Shown: positions 26,967-38,417 of the stretch, piece by piece
Layout of the letters: each line of letters starts with the position of its first letter
Numbering within the stretch: position 1 is the stretch's first letter
DNA from: an uncultured Gemmatimonadales bacterium
GTDB lineage: Bacteria; Gemmatimonadota; Gemmatimonadetes; Gemmatimonadales; GWC2-71-9
Direction of reading: 5' to 3'
DNA length: 64,000 bases
Assembly (NCBI GenBank): GCA_963757525.1
Contig: CAVWRM010000002.1
Span: 12,795 to 76,794, forward strand
Made by a program: the position numbers and the translations under genes
The notes under the pieces: model-generated
Seen by the model: the letters and a program-made list of their open reading frames with translations, nothing else
Told to the model about the DNA's origin: nothing
The model's database searches: none

Positions 26967-28190
26967 CGATCTCTCGTGTTGCTGGGTCTGTTGGGATGGT
27001 CGCTCGGATGCAGCACACCCGGGCCGCGGGCGCAATCGACCGCGCCCGCTCGGGTGCGGCCTGGCATCGAAGTCCTGCTGAGCGACAGCGTGCGCCTCGT
27101 TCGCGGGCGGCGCGCCGGCCTGGTGACCAATCAGGCCGGCGTCGACTCGCGGGGGACGAGCGACGTCACCCGACTGCGAGACGCCGGTGTCGAGCTGGTG
27201 GCGCTGTTCAGTCCGGAGCACGGCTTTCGCGGCGCCGCCGAACCCGGCGCGCAGGTCGCGTCGTCGGTCGATTCGGCTACCGGTCTTCCAATCTATAGTC
27301 TTTACGGAAGGACTTCCGCCCCCACCGACGCGATGCTCGACGGCGTCGACGTCATGCTGGTCGATCTGCAGGACGCGGGCGCGCGGTACTACACCTACCT
27401 GTTCACCACCGTGGAAGTCATGAGATCGGCCGCGCGGAAGGGCATCCCCGTCGTCGTGCTCGACCGGCCCGATCCGATCGGCGGCGCGGTGCAGGGCAAC
27501 GTGCTCGATCCCGCATTTGCCTCGACGGTCGGGTATCTCGCCGTTCCCATGCGGCACGGCATGACCCTCGGCGAGCTGGCGCGCCTCGCGCGGGCGGACC
27601 TCGCCGTGGGTGGCGATCTATCCGTCGTGCCGGTCTCGGGATGGCGACGCTCAGCCGTCCTCGACGAGACCGGGTTGCCGTTCATTCCACCCAGCCCGAA
27701 CCTCCGGACGATCGAGAGCCTGCTGCACTATCCGGGCCTCTGTCTGTTCGAGGGAACCAACCTCTCGGTGGGTCGCGGGACCTCCACGCCGTTCGAGCAG
27801 ATCGGGGCGCCCTGGCTCGACACGGCCCGCGTGCTCGACGCAGTCCGGGCCGCTCGACTCCCGGGCGTGACCTTCCACGGGGTGAGCTTCACGCCGAGCC
27901 GGCCGGGAGACGGCAAGTACGGAGACACCCTCGTGACCGGCATTCGGCTCCAGGTCACGGACAGGGAAACGTACGACCCGGCTGCGACCGCGATCTATCT
28001 CCTTGCCGCGGTCCGCGCATCCGCGGCCGGCCGTTTCGCGTGGCTGGCCCCGCATTTCGATCGGTTGGCCGGCGGGCCCCGGTTGCGCCACCAGCTCGAT
28101 GAGGGCACCGAGGCGGGTGCGATCGTGGCGGGGTGGAGGGGGGAGCTGGGCCGGTTTCTGGAGCGACGGAGGCCGTATTTGATCTATTAG
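26961..28190 (+). CDS. DUF1343 family protein (exo-beta-N-acetylmuramidase NamZ-like) lipoprotein
   Basis: AGLVTNQAGVDSRG, LFSPEHGFRGAAEPG, DVMLVDLQDAGARYYTY, PMRHGMTLGELA and EGTNLSVGRGT are DUF1343 hallmark blocks. The signal/lipobox VHRSLVLLGLLGWSLGC begins at GTG 26961. Confidence 0.85.
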   Translation: MHRSLVLLGLLGWSLGCSTPGPRAQSTAPARVRPGIEVLLSDSVRLVRGRRAGLVTNQAGVDSRGTSDVTRLRDAGVELVALFSPEHGFRGAAEPGAQVASSVDSATGLPIYSLYGRTSAPTDAMLDGVDVMLVDLQDAGARYYTYLFTTVEVMRSAARKGIPVVVLDRPDPIGGAVQGNVLDPAFASTVGYLAVPMRHGMTLGELARLARADLAVGGDLSVVPVSGWRRSAVLDETGLPFIPPSPNLRTIESLLHYPGLCLFEGTNLSVGRGTSTPFEQIGAPWLDTARVLDAVRAARLPGVTFHGVSFTPSRPGDGKYGDTLVTGIRLQVTDRETYDPAATAIYLLAAVRASAAGRFAWLAPHFDRLAGGPRLRHQLDEGTEAGAIVAGWRGELGRFLERRRPYLIY

Positions 28191-28319
28191 ACGTCCCTGC
28201 GCCCCCTCCGTCTGCCGGGTCCTCCGAATTGCCCTAACCAGTTCTGGCGATTATCCTTTCGCCCGGCCATCGGTCGGGCGACCGGCGGGCCCCCCGTCCC
28301 AGAGAGGGCTGAGACGACT

Positions 28320-28994
28320 GTGAAGCTGCTCGGTGCACTGGAGAGGCCCTTTTACACCGTGGTGAACCCACTGGTGGAGCGGCTGATCCGAGCGGGCGTG
28401 CGGCCGAACACCATCACCACGATCGGGACCGGCCTGGTGCTGGTGTCCGCGCTCGCCTATGCGGTCGGCTACATCCGCGTGGGCGGCCTGCTCCTGCTGC
28501 TCAGCGGGGTCACCGACACGCTCGACGGCCAGGTGGCGCGGGGCGGAGCGATGGTGACCAAATTCGGGGCCTTCTACGACTCGACTCTCGACCGAGTGGG
28601 CGACGGGGCCACGTTCATCGGCATCGGGGCCTTTCTGCTGACCGCCCCCGATGTCGCCTACCGGACCCCGGCGATCATCAGCTGCATGATCGCGATCCTG
28701 AGCTCCCTGCTCGTGTCCTACGCTCGGGCCCGGGCCGAAGGGCTCGGGCTCGAGTGCAAGGTGGGCATCGCCCAACGCGCGGAGCGGATTCTCGGGCTGG
28801 GCCTCACCTCGCTGATCGTCGGCGCCGGTCCCCGCGCCCTCGTGCTGGAGGCCGCCGTCGTGCTCCTGGCCGCGGCCTCGGTCATCACCGTGGTCCAGCG
28901 CTTCGTCTACGTGCATCGGACAGCGGACGGTGGGCCCGCCCGGACCCGTGACGTCGAGCCCGCCGCGCTCGATACTTTCGCGAAAGGACGTTAG
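28320..28994 (+). CDS. CDP-alcohol phosphatidyltransferase (phosphatidylinositol-phosphate synthase-like)
   Basis: Exact family motif D-x2-D-G-x2-A-R-x8-G-x3-D-x3-D, read as DTLDGQVARGGAMVTKFGAFYDSTLDRVGD. About 6 TM helices. GTG start. Sits immediately upstream of ino1. Confidence 0.85.
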   Translation: MKLLGALERPFYTVVNPLVERLIRAGVRPNTITTIGTGLVLVSALAYAVGYIRVGGLLLLLSGVTDTLDGQVARGGAMVTKFGAFYDSTLDRVGDGATFIGIGAFLLTAPDVAYRTPAIISCMIAILSSLLVSYARARAEGLGLECKVGIAQRAERILGLGLTSLIVGAGPRALVLEAAVVLLAAASVITVVQRFVYVHRTADGGPARTRDVEPAALDTFAKGR

Positions 28995-28996
28995 CA

Positions 28997-30325
28997 GTGG
29001 CAGACCAGACCGCCCGGCAGATCGCGCCGGCCAAGGGAAAGCTCGGGGTGCTGTGCGTGGGCCTCGGGGCCGTCGCGACCACCTTCATCGCCGGCGTCGA
29101 GAACGTTCGCCGTGGCGCGGCCAAGCCGATCGGATCGCTCACCCAGATGGGCACCATTCGCCTCGGCAAGCGGACCGAAGGACGTGCGCCGCTCATCCGC
29201 GACTTCGTGCCGCTCGCGCGTCTCGAGGACCTCGTGTTCGGCGCGTGGGACCCGGTGCCCGACGACGCCTACACCGCGGCCGTCCAGGCCGGCGTCCTCG
29301 ACCGCCACGAGCACCTCGAGCCCATCGCCGGCTTCCTCAAGTCCCTCAAGCCCATGCCCGCCGTGTTCGACCAGGCCTACGTCAAGCGGCTGGAGGGCAG
29401 CAACGTGAAGAAGGCCGCGAGCAAGCGGGAGCTGGCCGAGGCGCTGCGGAAGGACATCCGGGACTTCCAATCGAAGCACTCGTGCGACCGGCTGGTCATG
29501 GTCTGGTGCGCGTCCACCGAGATCTTCATCAGCCCCGGGCCGGCCCACTGGACGCTCGACGCGTTCGAGAAGGCAATGGACGCGAACGATCCGAGCATCG
29601 CGCCCTCGATGCTCTACGCCTACGCGGCGATCCAGGAAGGCGTGCCGTTCGCCAACGGGGCGCCCAACCTCACGTGCGATTTCCCGGCCATGGAGGCGCT
29701 CGCCAAGGAGCGGCGCGTGCCGATCGGGGGCAAGGACTTCAAGACCGGCCAGACGATGGTGAAGACGGTGCTTTCCCCGATGTTCAAGGCCCGCATGCTG
29801 GGGGTCTCGGGGTGGTACTCCACCAACATTCTGGGCAATCGTGACGGTGAGGTCCTGGATGATCCGGAGAGCTTCAAGACCAAGGAAGAGTCCAAGCTCG
29901 GCGTGCTCGAGTACATCCTGCAGCCGCAGCTGTACCCGGAGCTTTACGGCAACATCTTCCATAAGGTGCGGATCAACTACTATCCGCCGCGGGGTGACAA
30001 CAAAGAGGGCTGGGACAACATCGACATCTTCGGGTGGCTTGGCTACCCGATGCAGATCAAGGTCGATTTTCTCTGCCGCGACTCGATCCTGGCCGCGCCG
30101 CTGGTGCTCGACCTGGCGCTGTTCTTCGACCTGGCCCAGCGGGCCGGCATGACCGGAATCCAGGAGTGGCTGTCGTTCTATTTCAAGAGCCCGCAGACGG
30201 CGCCGGGACTCTACCCCGAGCACGATCTGTTCATCCAGCAGACCAAGCTCAAGAACACGCTGCGCTACATGATGGGCGAGCACCAGATCACCCACCTGGG
30301 CATCGAGTACTACCAGGAAGCATGA
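28997..30325 (+). CDS. ino1: inositol-3-phosphate synthase (myo-inositol-1-phosphate synthase)
   Basis: 442 aa. The N-terminal Rossmann segment GKLGVLCVGLGAVATTFIAG and the blocks WCASTE, NGAPN, GKDFKTGQT and SWYSTNILGNRDG are typical of bacterial/archaeal MIPS. Confidence 0.9.
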   Translation: MADQTARQIAPAKGKLGVLCVGLGAVATTFIAGVENVRRGAAKPIGSLTQMGTIRLGKRTEGRAPLIRDFVPLARLEDLVFGAWDPVPDDAYTAAVQAGVLDRHEHLEPIAGFLKSLKPMPAVFDQAYVKRLEGSNVKKAASKRELAEALRKDIRDFQSKHSCDRLVMVWCASTEIFISPGPAHWTLDAFEKAMDANDPSIAPSMLYAYAAIQEGVPFANGAPNLTCDFPAMEALAKERRVPIGGKDFKTGQTMVKTVLSPMFKARMLGVSGWYSTNILGNRDGEVLDDPESFKTKEESKLGVLEYILQPQLYPELYGNIFHKVRINYYPPRGDNKEGWDNIDIFGWLGYPMQIKVDFLCRDSILAAPLVLDLALFFDLAQRAGMTGIQEWLSFYFKSPQTAPGLYPEHDLFIQQTKLKNTLRYMMGEHQITHLGIEYYQEA

Positions 30326-30612
30326 AATACTTTCACCGCACGCATCTGAGCCCGGACGACGTGCTCGCCCGCGCCACCGCCTATTTCGGTGCCCGGCTCG
30401 CGCCGGTCGAGGAATCGTCCCGGCGGCGCAGGTTCGGCGGCGCCATCGGGCAGGTGACCGTCACCGCCCAGGCCGAGGGCGGGCATTACACGCTGGTGAC
30501 GGTGGAGACCAACCAGGTGGGCGAGAGCGAGGCCGACAAGGTGGCCAAGCGCTTCCTCACCGAAGTCCATACGATGGCCGACCCGACGCACCGACCCATC
30601 GGCGCGTACTGA
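30322..30612 (+). CDS. hypothetical protein, translationally coupled to ino1
   Basis: ATG 30322 overlaps the ino1 stop (ATGA). 96 aa, non-repetitive (MKYFHRTHLSPDDVLARATAYFGARLAPVEE...GHYTLVTVETNQVGESEADKVAKRFL), with GC-rich third positions. Confidence 0.6.
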   Translation: MKYFHRTHLSPDDVLARATAYFGARLAPVEESSRRRRFGGAIGQVTVTAQAEGGHYTLVTVETNQVGESEADKVAKRFLTEVHTMADPTHRPIGAY

Positions 30613-30650
30613 CGTTCCCGCGTGACCGCACCCTCAGGAGGCGTTTTCCG

Positions 30651-33194
<2,544 letters not shown>

Positions 33195-33235
33195 TCCCGA
33201 TGATACGGCGGTGACGATTCGGTGAGTCGGATCGG

Positions 33236-34123
33236 CTACGGCTCGTTCGCCGGCCCGTAATCCGCATATTCGTCGAGTGCCTCCTGCGCGGCCCGCTGGA
33301 GGCGCTCGGCTATTGTGTCGTCCAACCCTGCCACACCCGGGGCGCCGTCTGGAGAACGCCCCGAGAGCCCCGCGAAGATCGTGACCGCCGCGGCGTAGGT
33401 GCCGGCTACCGTCGGATGGAACCCATCCCCGCCATAGAGCGCCAGCGAGGGCTCCTCGCTCCAGGCCGCCCGCCATGTTTCCCCGGCCGGCAGAAACCAG
33501 CCCGAGACGTCTCGGGCTGCCAGGGCGTACGAATCGCGCACCCGGTCGAACCAGGCGAAGCGGCTGCGATCGGGCCAGACCATGTAGAGTGCCGAGCGCC
33601 CGCCCGAGCCCCGCACCAGCGGATCGAATTCCCGAATCCACTGGCGGAGACTTGTTCGGCTCTCCGGCAGGGATGAAGGGCCTTGCTGAAATACGACCGC
33701 ATCCCAGTGCTCGCCCTGAATCCGCGCTGGGGCGACGCCCCGGTTCCAGTGATCTTCCAGGCTTGCACCACCCTGGACCTGCATCTGGACGTCCCAATCG
33801 AGACCGGCCGCGTCGGCCATGGTGCGGACCATGCCTGGCAGGTCGTTGACCTGCGTCAGGCTGTTTCCGACGAAGAGCACTCGCGCGCCATTCCCGATCG
33901 CTGTGGGATTGGGGATCGGCGGTCCTGGCGGAGGTGAGGGCGGTGGCTGTGACGGCGGTGGCTGCGGAGCCGGTGGCTCGGGTGGCGCTGGCGGGTCGGG
34001 TGGGTCCGGCGGCGGCGGGTTGTTGCCCGAGGGAGGCTCCACAACGTCCGTTGACGAACCGCCACAGCCCTGCGAGGCGAGAGCAAGACACAGGACCAAC
34101 GGGGCCAGCCAGCCGTAGCGCAT
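33236..34123 (-). CDS. SGNH/GDSL-type hydrolase lipoprotein with Pro-rich linker
   Basis: Lipobox LCLALASQGC, a PPPPDPPDPPAPPEPPAPQPPPSQPPPSPPPGPP linker, then VLFVGNSLT (the GDSL block with Ser) and a late GDGFHPT (the DxxH block). Confidence 0.75.
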   Translation of the reverse strand: MRYGWLAPLVLCLALASQGCGGSSTDVVEPPSGNNPPPPDPPDPPAPPEPPAPQPPPSQPPPSPPPGPPIPNPTAIGNGARVLFVGNSLTQVNDLPGMVRTMADAAGLDWDVQMQVQGGASLEDHWNRGVAPARIQGEHWDAVVFQQGPSSLPESRTSLRQWIREFDPLVRGSGGRSALYMVWPDRSRFAWFDRVRDSYALAARDVSGWFLPAGETWRAAWSEEPSLALYGGDGFHPTVAGTYAAAVTIFAGLSGRSPDGAPGVAGLDDTIAERLQRAAQEALDEYADYGPANEP

Positions 34124-34284
34124 GGGATGCCGTCCTCGGGCACGATGGTCGCGGTGAGACCGGTCTCGCTATTCCCAGGGGACGCTGTTCATCGTCTCGG
34201 CAGCACGCCGTCGTTCCGCTTGACTCCGCTTCCCGCCTGGTCGATTTTCCTGCCCGGATTGAAGCACACACGAACAGGATTGAC

Positions 34285-35388
34285 ATGGCCGCCACATCCG
34301 CAACCGTCCCATCCTCCTCCGCTGCCGGCGGCCTGACTCGTGAGCAGCTCCTCGAGCTGTACTACTGGATGCGTCTCACCCGTTCCCTCGAGGAGCGGCT
34401 CGTCAACCTCTATCGGCAGACCAAGGTCGTCGGGGGCCTGTTCCGCTCGCTGGGACAGGAGGCGTGCGCCGTCGGCTCCGCCTACGCCCTCCGGCGCGAG
34501 GATGTGCTCTCTCCCCTCATCCGCAATCTCGGCTCCATGCTCGTGAAGGGCGCGGCCCCCGCCGAGGTACTCCGGCAGTACATGGCCAGGGGCGATTCCC
34601 CGACCCGTGGCCGGGAGCTCAACATCCACTTCGGCGACGTCGTGGACCGGAACTTCATCGGACAGATCTCCCACCTTGGCGACATGGTTCCGGTGATGGC
34701 CGGCGTGACACTGTCGTTCCGGCTGCGGAAGCAGCCGCGGGTCGGTCTCGTGTACGTGGGCGACGGAGCCACCTCCACGGGCGCGTTCCACGAAGGCATC
34801 AACTTCGCCGCCGTGCAGCGATGTCCGCTCGTGGTGATCGTGGAGAACAACGGCTACGCCTATTCGACGCCCATCAACCGTCAGACGGCCGCCGAAAAAC
34901 TGATGGACAAAGCCGCCGGCTACGGCATTCCCGGCGCCCGCGCGGACGGCAACGACGTGGTCGCGACGTACCAGGTCACCAAGGACGCGGTGGACCGGGC
35001 CCGGAAGGGCGGGGGCACGTCGCTGATCGAGCTCATGACCTACCGCCGCAAGGGCCACGCCGAGCACGACAACCAGTCGTACGTGCCGGCGGGCGAGATC
35101 GAGCGCTGGGCCCGCGAGAACGACCCGCTCGACCGGTACGTCGCCCGCTTGAAGGATGGGGAAGGCGTGTCGGAGACCGAGCTCGCCGAGATCGACGCCC
35201 GGGTCAAGGCGGAGATCGACCGGGCCACCGAGGAGGCGGAGGCGGCTCCGCCGCCCGAGCCCCGCGATTGTCTCACCGGCGTGTACGCCGACCCGGCCGA
35301 CATGCCGGCGTTGTGGTACCGCGAGGGGATTCGGACGGCGGTGGAGACGCACGAGCGTGCGGCCGGCTGGGGCACGCACGATGGCTGA
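34285..35388 (+). CDS. 2-oxoacid (pyruvate/branched-chain) dehydrogenase E1 component alpha subunit
   Basis: ATG 34285 inside ORF 33934..35388. LYYWMRLTRSLEERL, and the TPP motif VYVGDGATSTGAFHEGINFAAV...VVIVENNGYAYSTP. Confidence 0.9.
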   Translation: MAATSATVPSSSAAGGLTREQLLELYYWMRLTRSLEERLVNLYRQTKVVGGLFRSLGQEACAVGSAYALRREDVLSPLIRNLGSMLVKGAAPAEVLRQYMARGDSPTRGRELNIHFGDVVDRNFIGQISHLGDMVPVMAGVTLSFRLRKQPRVGLVYVGDGATSTGAFHEGINFAAVQRCPLVVIVENNGYAYSTPINRQTAAEKLMDKAAGYGIPGARADGNDVVATYQVTKDAVDRARKGGGTSLIELMTYRRKGHAEHDNQSYVPAGEIERWARENDPLDRYVARLKDGEGVSETELAEIDARVKAEIDRATEEAEAAPPPEPRDCLTGVYADPADMPALWYREGIRTAVETHERAAGWGTHDG

Positions 35389-36358
35389 GACGACGTATCT
35401 CGAGGGAATCCGTCAGGCGCTCTTCGAGGAGATGGAGCGGGATCCCGCGGTCTTCTGCCTGGGTGAGGACATCGGTGCGTACGGGGGGGCGTTCAAGGTC
35501 ACGGAAGGATTGCTCGACCGGTTCGGTCCCGATCGCGTCATCGACACACCCGTCAGCGAGACGGGGTTCGTGGGCGCGGCGGCGGGGGCGGCCCACATGG
35601 GCCTCAGGCCCGTGTGTGAGATGCAGTTCATCGACTTCGTCTCGTGCGCCTACAGCATCCTCACCAACTACGTCGCCACCGCGCGGTACCGCGCGTTCCT
35701 CCCCTGTCCGATGGTGGTGCGCGGGCCGAGCGGCGGGTACGTGAGGGGTGGACCCTTTCACTCCCAGAATCCCGAGGCCGCGTTCCTCCATACCCCCGGC
35801 CTCAAGATCGTCTATCCGGCCACCGCGGCCGATGCGAAGGGGCTGCTCAAGTCCGCCATCCGGGACGACGACTGCGTACTGTTCTTCGAGCACAAGTATC
35901 TCTACCGGCGGATCAAGGAAGAGCTCCCGACGGGAGATCACGTCGTCCCCATCGGCAAGGCTCGGGTGGCGCGCGAGGGGACGGACCTGTCTATCATCAC
36001 ATATGCCGCGACGGTGTGGAAGTCGCTGGAGGCGGCGGAGCAGCTGGCTCGCGAGGACGGGATCTCCGTCGAGGTCCTCGACCTGCGCTCCCTCCTTCCG
36101 ATGGACGACGAGGCCCTCGTGGCGACCGTCAAGAAGACGAACCGCGTGCTCATCGTCCACGAGGACACCGTGACCGGCGGGATTGCCGGCGAGATCACTG
36201 CCCGGATCAACGAGCTGGCGTTCGAGTGGCTCGACGCGCCGATCCGCCGGGTCGCCGCCCACGACGTCCCGCTTCCCTACGCGCCGCAGCTCGAGGACTT
36301 CGTGTTGCCGCAGACGGCGGATATCGTCCGGGCGGCGCGGTGGATGGTGAGGTATTAG
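35381..36358 (+). CDS. 2-oxoacid dehydrogenase E1 component beta subunit
   Basis: MAETTYLEGIRQALFEEMERDPAVFCLGEDIGAYGGAFKVTEGL...VIDTPVSETGFVGAAAGAA. 8-nt overlap (ATGGCTGA) with E1 alpha. Confidence 0.9.
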   Translation: MAETTYLEGIRQALFEEMERDPAVFCLGEDIGAYGGAFKVTEGLLDRFGPDRVIDTPVSETGFVGAAAGAAHMGLRPVCEMQFIDFVSCAYSILTNYVATARYRAFLPCPMVVRGPSGGYVRGGPFHSQNPEAAFLHTPGLKIVYPATAADAKGLLKSAIRDDDCVLFFEHKYLYRRIKEELPTGDHVVPIGKARVAREGTDLSIITYAATVWKSLEAAEQLAREDGISVEVLDLRSLLPMDDEALVATVKKTNRVLIVHEDTVTGGIAGEITARINELAFEWLDAPIRRVAAHDVPLPYAPQLEDFVLPQTADIVRAARWMVRY

Positions 36359-36391
36359 GCTACGGCCTTCAGCTTCTCCGAAGGAGAAGAC

Positions 36392-37846
36392 ATGTCCAAG
36401 ATCGACGTCATCATGCCCCAGATGGGCGAGTCCATCGCCGAGGGCACCCTCTCCCGCTGGATCAAGAACGTGGGCGACAAGGTCCAGCGCGACGACCCCA
36501 TTTTCGAGATCTCGACCGACAAGGTCGATGCCGAGATTCCGTCGCCGGCCGCGGGCGTGATCGCCGAGGTGCTGGTGAAGGAAGGAGAGACCGTGGCCGT
36601 GCAGACCGTGGTGGCGCGGATCGAGACCGATGCCACGGCCGCCGCCTCCGCCCCGGCGCCCGCCCCGACGGCCTCCACCCCGACGCCCACGCCCGCTGCG
36701 CCCGCCGCCAAGGCCCCGGCGCCGGCCATCGCGAAGCCTGCCGCGGCGGCTGCGCCCTCCGCGCCCTCCGCGCCCTCCGCCCCAGCTCCCGCTCAACGTC
36801 CCGCCGCGACCGCCCCGCCGGCGCCTGCCGCCCGCCCCGCGGCCGATGCCACGGGAGACAACGGGGACAACGGCGGTAGCGAGACCCTCGAGGAGCGGCT
36901 CCGCCGGCGCTCGACCCCGCTGGTACGCAAGATGGCCGCCGAGCACAACCTCGATATCAGCGCCGTTCCCGGCACCGGGCTCGCGGGTCGGGTGACCAAG
37001 AACGACATCCTGAACTACCTCGAGACGGGGCAGGCCGCCCCCGCGGCCCCTGTAAAACAGCCGGCGCCCGCCCGAGCCCCGGCAGCAACGCCGGCCGTCG
37101 CCCCGGCCGCCGCATCGCCGTCGCCCGCGGGCGTCGAGCCATGGGAAGGCGATCGGGTCGAGCCCTGGTCGCGTATCCGGAAGCTCACCGCCGAGCACAT
37201 GGTGATGTCGCGGCGAGTCTCCCCGCACGTCAACACGATCTTCGAAGTGGACTACACCCAGGTCGCCCGACTTCGCGCCAAGGTCAAAGGAGAATACGCC
37301 TCGCGGGGCGTGAACCTCACCTACCTCGCGTTCATCGGCAAGGCGGTGGCCGACGGGCTCCGGAAGCACCCGGTTGTGAACTCCGCGGTCAACGGCGAAA
37401 GCACCATCCTGCGGCGGGACATCAATCTGGGGATCGCGGTGGCGCTGGACTGGGGCCTCATCGTTCCCGTGGTGAAGCGGGCGGACGAGCTGTCGCTGCT
37501 CGGCCTCGCCCGCGCCATCAACGACCTCGGCGAGCGGGCCCGCACCAAGAAGCTGAGCCCCGACGAAGTGCAGAAGGGCACCTTCACCATCACCAACCCG
37601 GGGGTTTTCGGCTCGATGATCGGCACCCCCATCATCAACCAGCCGCAGGCGGCCATCCTGTGTGTCGGGACGATCGAGAAGCAGCCGGCCGTCATCACGG
37701 TGGACGGCACGGACAGCCTCGCGATCCGCACCCGGGGTCTGCTGTCACTGGCATTCGATCACCGCATCGTGGACGGAGCCGACGCGGACCGGTTCATGTC
37801 CGACGTCAAGAAACAGATACAGGAGTTTCCCGAAAGCGCCGTCTGA
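36392..37846 (+). CDS. 2-oxoacid dehydrogenase E2 (dihydrolipoamide acyltransferase)
   Basis: Lipoyl domain (FEISTDKVDAEIPSP), Ala/Pro linkers, E3-binding domain (TPLVRKMAAEHNLDISAVPGTGLAGRVTKNDI), and catalytic domain with DHRIVDGA. Confidence 0.9.
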   Translation: MSKIDVIMPQMGESIAEGTLSRWIKNVGDKVQRDDPIFEISTDKVDAEIPSPAAGVIAEVLVKEGETVAVQTVVARIETDATAAASAPAPAPTASTPTPTPAAPAAKAPAPAIAKPAAAAAPSAPSAPSAPAPAQRPAATAPPAPAARPAADATGDNGDNGGSETLEERLRRRSTPLVRKMAAEHNLDISAVPGTGLAGRVTKNDILNYLETGQAAPAAPVKQPAPARAPAATPAVAPAAASPSPAGVEPWEGDRVEPWSRIRKLTAEHMVMSRRVSPHVNTIFEVDYTQVARLRAKVKGEYASRGVNLTYLAFIGKAVADGLRKHPVVNSAVNGESTILRRDINLGIAVALDWGLIVPVVKRADELSLLGLARAINDLGERARTKKLSPDEVQKGTFTITNPGVFGSMIGTPIINQPQAAILCVGTIEKQPAVITVDGTDSLAIRTRGLLSLAFDHRIVDGADADRFMSDVKKQIQEFPESAV

Positions 37847-37848
37847 CC

Positions 37849-38145
37849 GTGGCCCGCACGCTGACCGTTTCCCGAGTGCAGGTGCGGCCGGGCGCGGAAC
37901 CGGAGTACCTTGCTGCGGTGGGCGCGCTCGCCTCGCTCGCCGAGAGTCGTGGGTGGCACCTGTGGGTATTCCGATCCGCCAGCGATCCCCAGCTCTTCCT
38001 CGAGTGCAGCGAGAGCCGCTCCGCCGAGACCCACCGCTCGACGGGCGAGCGGCCCGCCGACGAGCGGCGCCTCGAGGAGCGGATTCGCGCGGTGGCCAGG
38101 TACGGTTCGGACGCCTGGGATCTCTGGGAAGAAGTGAGGAGCTAA
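37849..38145 (+). CDS. hypothetical small protein
   Basis: GTG 37849 is 3 nt after the E2 stop. 98 aa (VARTLTVSRVQVRPGAEPEYLAAVGALASLAESRGWHLWVFRSASDPQLFLE...), ferredoxin-like/ABM-like by eye. Only the tail of ORF 37141..38145 looks coding. Confidence 0.45.
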   Translation: MARTLTVSRVQVRPGAEPEYLAAVGALASLAESRGWHLWVFRSASDPQLFLECSESRSAETHRSTGERPADERRLEERIRAVARYGSDAWDLWEEVRS

Positions 38146-38150
38146 CGCCG

Positions 38151-38417
38151 ATGCCGCGTCGGGTAATCGAGGCCGGCGGTGACCAATGGACGGTCGCCGT
38201 AAGCGGCCGCAACACGCAGTACATCAAGGACGAATTCGGCCTCATCTTCACGCGTGGCACCGGCGCCGCGAGGGAGCAGCGGGTGGCGCGATACTCGCCC
38301 CTCGGCGCCAAGAGCCGAGAGCTGTCGCTCCACGAGCTGACTGATGAGGACTTGCGGGACCTGCTGGCCAGGTCTCAGCCGTCGTGGACGGCGCCTGAGA
38401 TGGGGTATCGCCGCTGA
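38151..38417 (+). CDS. hypothetical small protein
   Basis: ATG 38151. 88 aa, non-repetitive (MPRRVIEAGGDQWTVAVSGRNTQYIKDEFGLIFTRG...). Tail of ORF 37662..38417. Confidence 0.45.
   Translation: MPRRVIEAGGDQWTVAVSGRNTQYIKDEFGLIFTRGTGAAREQRVARYSPLGAKSRELSLHELTDEDLRDLLARSQPSWTAPEMGYRR

Noticed and set aside
26967-27557. N-terminal extension of the NagZ ORF, and the N-terminal 230 codons of ORF 26271..28190
   Set aside because: Each extension is antisense to the other gene's well-supported coding region. In both proteins a signal peptide begins exactly at the GTGCAC site.
35273-37369. 698-aa minus-strand ORF opposite the E1beta/E2 genes
   Set aside because: Same reasoning: it contains GRRGGRRGGGGG-type runs that mirror the Ala/Pro linker of E2 on the other strand.
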